From Lysobacterales bacterium (GTDB taxonomy: Bacteria > Pseudomonadota > Gammaproteobacteria > Xanthomonadales > SZUA-5): 64,000 nt of DNA. Location: contig JALHMH010000016.1 in NCBI GenBank assembly GCA_022844165.1, positions 1 through 64,000 of the forward strand, in the 5' to 3' direction. A model generated the notes under the pieces. That model was given only the letters and a program-made list of their open reading frames with translations, had not been told where the DNA came from and searched no databases. This document shows positions 58,029 to 64,000 of this stretch, one piece after another (positions within the stretch are counted from its first letter, which is position 1; each line of letters opens with the position of its first letter). The position numbers and the translations under genes were made by a program.

Positions 58029-58937
58029 ATGAAAAAGACGCTGTTGTTTGCCGCTATCACATTCGGTCTGGCTGCGTGCAGCGAGCAGGCGCCGCCACCG
58101 GCGCCCGTCACGCCGCCTCCAGCCCCCGCCGCCGCGGAACCGGCGCCGGTCGCGCCTGTCGCGGAGACCTTCGAGGCGCGGTTGGACCGCATCATCGCTG
58201 GCGAACACCGCAGCCCGGAGAACAAAGCACGAGATGCATGGCGCCATCCAAAGGAAACCCTGCTGTTCGGCGGCATCGCGCCAGGTCAGACGGTGATCGA
58301 AATCACGCCGGGCGGCGGCTGGTTTGCAGAAGTCATTGCGCCGCTCTTCAATGGCCAGGGCACGTATGTGGCGGCTGTTAACGACCCGACTAAAGCCAGC
58401 AGCGATCGCGCTCGCGATTACCACACAGAGAACAACCAGAAATTGCGCGACAAGTTCGCCGCCAACGCTGAACTGTATGGCGCGCCGACCATCGTCGAAT
58501 TCGATCCCAAGGCGCCAGCATTTGGCGCTGCCGGCTCTGCCGACGTGGTGATGACCTTCCGCAACGTGCACAACTGGGTTGGCGGCGGTGCCAGCGATGC
58601 GATGTTCAAGGGTTTCTTCGATGTGCTCAAACCGGGCGGCACGCTGCTGGTTGAAGAGCACCGCGCCAACGCCGACGATGCACGCCCGGTGGAAGAGTTG
58701 TCCAAAACCGGTTATCTGACGCAAGCCTGGGTCGTCGACGCCGCAACGCGTGCAGGCTTTACCTTGTCCGCAGAGAGCGAAATCAACGCGAATCCAGCGG
58801 ATACAAAGGATCACCCCAATGGCGTCTGGAATCTTCCGCCCAGCCTGAACGTCAAAGAGGGTGACGACGCCGAGAAGTACAAGGCCATCGGCGAGACGGA
58901 TCGAATGACGTTGAAGTTCACCAAACCGGCCATGTAG
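58029..58937 (+). CDS. Lipoprotein SAM-dependent methyltransferase-like protein
   Basis: Lipobox LAAC; RD.WRHPKETL; TFRNVHNW; LKPGG; IGETDRMTLKF. Confidence 0.85.
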   Translation: MKKTLLFAAITFGLAACSEQAPPPAPVTPPPAPAAAEPAPVAPVAETFEARLDRIIAGEHRSPENKARDAWRHPKETLLFGGIAPGQTVIEITPGGGWFAEVIAPLFNGQGTYVAAVNDPTKASSDRARDYHTENNQKLRDKFAANAELYGAPTIVEFDPKAPAFGAAGSADVVMTFRNVHNWVGGGASDAMFKGFFDVLKPGGTLLVEEHRANADDARPVEELSKTGYLTQAWVVDAATRAGFTLSAESEINANPADTKDHPNGVWNLPPSLNVKEGDDAEKYKAIGETDRMTLKFTKPAM

Positions 58938-59008
58938 TCGAAGGGATTTGCGGCGAGTGGACGAGGTTGTCTGCTCGCCGATCTCGCTCTTGCGTATGCC
59001 AAAAAGGG

Positions 59009-60172
59009 TCAGGCCCTGGGCGCCCGTTCCGTCAAGGACTGTCCCTCAAGCAACTCGAAATGGCCTGCGGCGATGATTCGACCGTTCGCCTGAATTTCGA
59101 TGCGATGAATGCCGGCGTAGTAGCGCCGGGTGGTTATCGGCCGCACCGCGTGTTGCCGCGTCAACTCGCGGCGTTCGCCGGGTGCCAGGATCACCGACCA
59201 GCCTTTGAACACTTTGGGCGAACTGCTGCCGTCGGCTCGCGCGTGGTGCACGATGTAGTCGATCGTCAGTTGTATCGGCGTTCGCGCGGTGGAACGCAAA
59301 TTCAAACATAGCTGCACCGATTCGCCGAGCCGAATTTGCGGTGGATCGACGAACAACTCCGCTTTGCCTTTGAGCGGTGCATCGATTCCCCAAGCAGCCA
59401 ACACCCGCCGATCGCCACGTTTGATCAAGGTTCGACTGGCATGGCGCAGTAGCGCGCGGCGGCTCGCTGGCGCGCCCGGCAAGTGTTGTTCGAGCCACGT
59501 TGCCACCACCTCCGGATGGTCCTTGGCAATATCGTTCAGATGATTCGCCACGCTACGCCGCACGTACTCGCTTGCATCGTCTTGCAGTGCCGCCAACAAA
59601 GACAAACAGGGCGTCGGGTCGGCGACCAGCGGTTTGAGTACGATGCCCCATGGCAAACGCGGCCGGCTGCCCTCGCTGACCAGCCGCCGCACATGCGGAC
59701 TGGGATCGATCAACCAACTCGCCAGCGTCGCGAACGTGCGCTGCGGGTGCGCAAGGATGAAAGGTCGAATCGCGAACTCGGCACTGAAACGGCGCGTGAT
59801 CGCGTGCAGGCACGTCAGCGCACGGTCGGGATGATCGAGGCCTCGACGAGCGACGTACTCTCCCAGCGACCAGACAATCCATCCCGCCAATCCAAGTTCG
59901 GATGCGCGCAGCGCTTTGAGCGGCTCGTCGCCTTGGACCGGTGCAAGCGTCGCTTCGATGGCTGCCGCGGCCGCAGGAAAGTCGGCTGGCAGTGTCGCTT
60001 CCAATGCTGACGCGATCTGCATCGCCCGCGCTTTCATCTCCAGGCCGTCGAACCCGTCCAGCGCCAGCGACTCGAACCGACGCCGGGCGAAGTCCGGCAG
60101 CGCCTTCGAAAAATGCATGCCAGCCCAACGCACCAGCTCAGGTGATAACAGGAATTTGAACGGTTCTGGCAC
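59009..60172 (-). CDS. DNA alkylation repair protein (AlkC/AlkD-like HEAT repeats)
   Basis: [10 protein letters not shown]; [16 protein letters not shown]; [18 protein letters not shown]. Confidence 0.9.
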   Translation of the reverse strand: MPEPFKFLLSPELVRWAGMHFSKALPDFARRRFESLALDGFDGLEMKARAMQIASALEATLPADFPAAAAAIEATLAPVQGDEPLKALRASELGLAGWIVWSLGEYVARRGLDHPDRALTCLHAITRRFSAEFAIRPFILAHPQRTFATLASWLIDPSPHVRRLVSEGSRPRLPWGIVLKPLVADPTPCLSLLAALQDDASEYVRRSVANHLNDIAKDHPEVVATWLEQHLPGAPASRRALLRHASRTLIKRGDRRVLAAWGIDAPLKGKAELFVDPPQIRLGESVQLCLNLRSTARTPIQLTIDYIVHHARADGSSSPKVFKGWSVILAPGERRELTRQHAVRPITTRRYYAGIHRIEIQANGRIIAAGHFELLEGQSLTERAPRA

Positions 60173-60412
60173 GGCTTAGTCCTGGCGATCAGGTTTCCCG
60201 AGTATCGGACAATCCTGTTCAGTCGGCACAACCGCCAGTGCCGCGGTTCGGCGCGCGGGAAATCGGCAATGCCAGGCAGATCCCGAGCCCCGCCATCATC
60301 GCCGGACGCATATCACGCGTGGGCGACCGCCAAAGGCTGTCTAAGACTGCGAGTCCGACACTGCGCGTCGACAATCGCTTATGGTTTGAAGCCTTCAACA
60401 ACAGGTGGCGAC

Positions 60413-60760
60413 ATGACGATCACGTGTTTCATTCGATACGAGATTGACCCGTTCCAACGCGAAGCGTTCAAGGAATACGCGGAGAACTGGGGAAAGATCA
60501 TCCCGCGTTGCGGCGGCCACCTCGTGGGGTACTTTCTGCCGCACGAGGGAACGAACAACGTGGCATGGGGGCTGATTGCGTTCGAATCGCTGGCGGCATA
60601 CGAAGCGTATCGGGCGCGACTCAAAACCGATGACGCCGGTCGCGAGAACTTCGCTCTTGCGCAGGCCAAGAGGTTCATCCTGCGCGAGGAGCGCAGCTTC
60701 GTTGAAGTTGTTGACGGTACGTTTGCGGTGCCCGCGCAGCCACAGCATGCGTCGCCGTGA
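60413..60760 (+). CDS. NIPSNAP-family protein
   Basis: [13 protein letters not shown]...GYFLPHEG...[10 protein letters not shown]. Confidence 0.9.
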   Translation: MTITCFIRYEIDPFQREAFKEYAENWGKIIPRCGGHLVGYFLPHEGTNNVAWGLIAFESLAAYEAYRARLKTDDAGRENFALAQAKRFILREERSFVEVVDGTFAVPAQPQHASP

Positions 60761-60874
60761 GTCCAGTCGTGCGCGCTTGTGTTGCCTCGGAGCATATGCC
60801 TTCGCCGGCGCCCATCCTGCCAATCGTTGTTCGCGACCCTGCGGGTTTCGGCCCGCAGAGCCATTCTCCCACCG

Positions 60875-63145
60875 TTACTGGTTCGGCGCCGTCAACAGCT
60901 CGTAGGCCGCATTACTGCGCGTGAACCGCCCGCCTTCGGGGCCAGCATACGTGACGTCGAAACTGACGCGATTGCCTGGTGAAGGACCTTGCACCGGTTG
61001 CACGAGGTTGACGGTCATCGTGCCAATCTGGGTATCGACCAGCGACACCGGGCATGAGCGGCAATAACCGCGGCGCTCGAACACGGCCAAGGTTTGACCC
61101 GGCGCGTAGTTCTCTCCGGCAGCGTAGGCCCAGCGACCCGCGTTGGTGGCGTCCGGAAAGTACAGTGCTTTGAACAAGAACCGGCTGCCGTTGCTGCGTG
61201 CCACGGTCGCGACGCTCGCGCCCCAACCGGCGTCCGCATCGCCGGCGTACCAAAGGCCCGTCAGATCGCCCGCCGGGCGCTGCGCGCGTGGGACCAATTC
61301 TTCGATACACCACGCGCCAGATTGTCCACCGATCGTAAAGCGCAGCGAGCCTAACGTGCCAACGCCAGGGCGTGCGGTTCCATCGCGACATGCGGGCGAA
61401 TCGGCGGCCTGGTTGAAGTCCAGGCGAATCACGCCGGATTGTGCCGTCACCACCTGTGACGGCGTGCCCGGCGCGACATAGCGATAGCGCAGCAGCGAGC
61501 GCTCACCTGGTGCCAACCCGGCTTGGAACACGCCGTCGATCAGCGGGCCCAACGCCAGGTACCACTCCGGACGACCTTGCGCGTCGTAGGTGTAAAACGC
61601 GAGCGTATAAAGATCGTAGCCGGATGCGTCGCGGCGCACCCGCTGAAAATCGAAACCATGGCCATCGCGGTCGCGATCGAACCACAGGCCGCCATAAGGC
61701 GCAGCGTAACTCGGTGCTGTTGCTGCGGCAGGATCCCAACCCGCGGCATACAACATTGGCACGGCCAATCCGAGTTGGCGCACGCCGCGCGACAGGTTCA
61801 GCGATGGTGTCATCAGCTGACCGTTGAACAATTCGCTCAAATGCGAAACCGAAGAACCCGGCTGGATGGGGTTCGGTGCGTGCATCAAGATCCCGGGAAA
61901 ACCCGTCGGTGTGTTCTGCGGTGAATTCACTGCCCGCGCATCGTTCCAGGACAACCCGTTGTTGCTGGCCATCACGTCCGCCCGTTGCGCGGTGCTGAGC
62001 TGCGTTAATGGACGGAATGGCATGCTTCGGTTGTCGATCAACTGCCGGGAGAAGATGTCGTCCCGATCCAACGGCAACGATCCGACGGCGCCGTTGTTTG
62101 AGGTGGTCCGGACCAGACTGATAAATCCCAGGCCATGGCCGAGTTCGTGGACGGACACGCCAACAAAATCAATACTCCCGAACGGCGCGGTGTTGTACCC
62201 CAGATAAAACTGCGCACCGCCAAGAATCGTTGGTTCGCCAATGCGCTTGTTGTAGGTAATCGTCATGTCGGTCACATCGTCGCAACTGCCGCCCTGCAGT
62301 GCGCACGCGGGTGCGCCTCCCAGGCGCGATGCGGGCGCGCTCGCGTAGAAGGCGTATTTGTGCGGCAAATAAGGCGCAGGACGTGGTGAGCTGCCGTTGC
62401 CAGCGACCAGTGTGTTGTCGTCGAACAAGAAATTGTCCGGCGCCGCACCTGCCAGCGTTGCGCTGTTGGCATCCGCGGGCAAGCTGTCCCAGCACGCGCG
62501 TACGCTGATCGGGGTTTCGCTGTCGAAGCCTGCCGCCAATTGGCGCAGCGATTCGATCACGGCGTTGCGTCGCTGCTCGCCGCGCGTAGTACCAGGATTG
62601 CCGCCGATTGGCGCCGCTGGCGTGGGGTCATTCCAGGGCGCAATATCGCAATCGTCGGCCGGCAAGTTGAAGCGCACCACAAATTCGACTGGCCGCGCGC
62701 CTTCGTTGCTGGCTTCGACCTTGATGCGGGCATTGACGGTGCGCGGCGCAAAGCTGATCGCCGCAATGTACCAACGGCCGGCCCGGGCCGGTTGGCGATT
62801 GGCGCGGCCGACCGTAATCGACTCTTCGTCGCCGCCGCTGATCGCGTAGTAGTGCGACTGGTCGGCCAGCTCATCGAACGACATCGGCTGGGAGTACGCA
62901 TTCAACGGCGTGAACGGTGTGCCGAAGCGTAAGAACAAATCCAGATCGTCATCGCCCGTGTCGTTGTCGAGTTCGACCTTGATACGAGTCGTTCCGGCCG
63001 GTATGTCGACATGCAGCGCGGTGGTGTACGCGTTCGCCGGCAGCGCGAAAGTCGTACGTTGTCCCAATGTCAGGCCGGTCGTTTGTGCTGCGGCGTGAAC
63101 GCAGATCAGGCAGGCAAAGAGTATCCAGAGCATGCGCATGCTCAA
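60875..63145 (-). CDS. Secreted zinc metalloprotease with a PPC-like domain and two C-terminal GLW(F/Y) domains
   Basis: Signal peptide; DLDLFLRFG (PPC-like); HELGHGLGF; SSVSH; LM.P; GLWFD..GHG and GLWY..GWG repeats. Confidence 0.8.
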   Translation of the reverse strand: MSMRMLWILFACLICVHAAAQTTGLTLGQRTTFALPANAYTTALHVDIPAGTTRIKVELDNDTGDDDLDLFLRFGTPFTPLNAYSQPMSFDELADQSHYYAISGGDEESITVGRANRQPARAGRWYIAAISFAPRTVNARIKVEASNEGARPVEFVVRFNLPADDCDIAPWNDPTPAAPIGGNPGTTRGEQRRNAVIESLRQLAAGFDSETPISVRACWDSLPADANSATLAGAAPDNFLFDDNTLVAGNGSSPRPAPYLPHKYAFYASAPASRLGGAPACALQGGSCDDVTDMTITYNKRIGEPTILGGAQFYLGYNTAPFGSIDFVGVSVHELGHGLGFISLVRTTSNNGAVGSLPLDRDDIFSRQLIDNRSMPFRPLTQLSTAQRADVMASNNGLSWNDARAVNSPQNTPTGFPGILMHAPNPIQPGSSVSHLSELFNGQLMTPSLNLSRGVRQLGLAVPMLYAAGWDPAAATAPSYAAPYGGLWFDRDRDGHGFDFQRVRRDASGYDLYTLAFYTYDAQGRPEWYLALGPLIDGVFQAGLAPGERSLLRYRYVAPGTPSQVVTAQSGVIRLDFNQAADSPACRDGTARPGVGTLGSLRFTIGGQSGAWCIEELVPRAQRPAGDLTGLWYAGDADAGWGASVATVARSNGSRFLFKALYFPDATNAGRWAYAAGENYAPGQTLAVFERRGYCRSCPVSLVDTQIGTMTVNLVQPVQGPSPGNRVSFDVTYAGPEGGRFTRSNAAYELLTAPNQ

Positions 63146-63393
63146 TACTCCTTGGGCCGCAATGGTTTGGTAAAACGGAAATCAAGACCGGGGGCATCGC
63201 AGCTGTAACTCAAGCCACCCTTGGCGCTCCGCGTCGCACGCATCGCGTGCACCGCCTCGGGGCGCTCAATGCGCAATGCTGGCGCATGTTTCTCGCTATG
63301 GCTGGCCAAAGGCTGAGTGGCAACGACGATCGTCGTCTCGCTCGCCGCCACGCTTTGCGCGGCACCAAAGATCAGAAACAGCAGCGGCTTCAT
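63142..63393 (-). CDS. Small secreted protein coupled to the protease
   Basis: Signal-like MKPLLFLIFGAAQSVAA; ATRSAKGGLSYSC; stop overlaps the protease start. Confidence 0.55.
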   Translation of the reverse strand: MKPLLFLIFGAAQSVAASETTIVVATQPLASHSEKHAPALRIERPEAVHAMRATRSAKGGLSYSCDAPGLDFRFTKPLRPKEY

Positions 63394-64000
63394 CGTAAAT
63401 TTCCTGCGGTGTGACGCAATAAGACTACCCAATACTGCGTTAACGCCCCGCAAATTTGCTCGCATATCCTCGGAGTGGGATCGTGTACCGTTGATGGCTT
63501 CGGCTTTGTCGCACGCATTTCGGCAAGCTGAGGTTTTGCGCGACCCTCGTTGTGCCGATGGAACTCAGATCCGGGACGTTGGTCGGCGGGAAAACCGCAC
63601 CGCCGTTGTTGACACCTCCGGTCGCATTAGCCGCAGCGATCCAACCCAGCGCAGCAGACGCCGCACAACGCGCTGGCGACGCCACGCCTTGGTCGGCGAC
63701 CGCCAGCAGGCGATCTCGGCCTATCGGATGGCACTGAGGACTGACCCCGACGACGCCGCCAGCAGGCGCAATCTGGACCGGCTGGAAAGTGGCCAGCCTT
63801 GAGACGCTGAATCTGGAGGTCACCTGCTGAATCTGGGCGTCACCCGTCGCGCCAGGCGAAGATGGTGCGACGTGCTGGCGGCGGCAATTCTCGAAACAAC
63901 ACTGTACCGGATGGTTGATTGGCTTTTTGAGCGGCAACGGATGGTGCCACGTTAAGGAACCGCGCAGCCGATGCGAAGTAGAGATTCCACCCGTGCGGTC

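Noticed and set aside
63480-64000. TPR-like tail (AISAYRMALRTDPDD..RRNL) at the window end
   Set aside because: Only a short fragment with no credible start; cannot be supported as a gene.

Overview
GC-rich bacterial chromosome segment. Gene content (rhlB-trxA, speA, dsbD, nbaC, gspCD, a secreted protein ending in DxVFxxGFE) suggests a Xanthomonadales/Lysobacterales-like gammaproteobacterium; this is an inference. The first ~3.8 kb is a decayed mobile/defence patch. It holds an IS21-type end, degenerate attC-like sites around an RHH-RelE/ParE toxin-antitoxin pair and an orphan SMI1/KNR4 gene, three IS110/IS1111 transposase fragments, a DUF1156 stub, vapBC and a 391-bp MITE. The rest is mostly housekeeping, envelope and secreted-enzyme genes (pyrF, nadA, apaH, pspABC, fkpA, metJ, gspCD, rhlB, trxA, dsbD, proC, nadE, speA, natAB-like, bcp, cutA, nbaC). 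The most striking non-annotated signals are: (1) a ~245-bp non-coding, hairpin-rich element in six copies, with matching 4-bp flanks but no terminal inverted repeats, usually at gene 3' ends; (2) a second copy of the rhlB promoter, leader and start placed in front of a gspC-gspD-metJ-glycosyltransferase operon; (3) a candidate ~100-nt sRNA after pyrF; (4) a NadQ-type box on nadA in a genome that also encodes 3-hydroxyanthranilate dioxygenase. No rRNA, tRNA or CRISPR array was seen. All family assignments are by eye from motifs; no searches were run.
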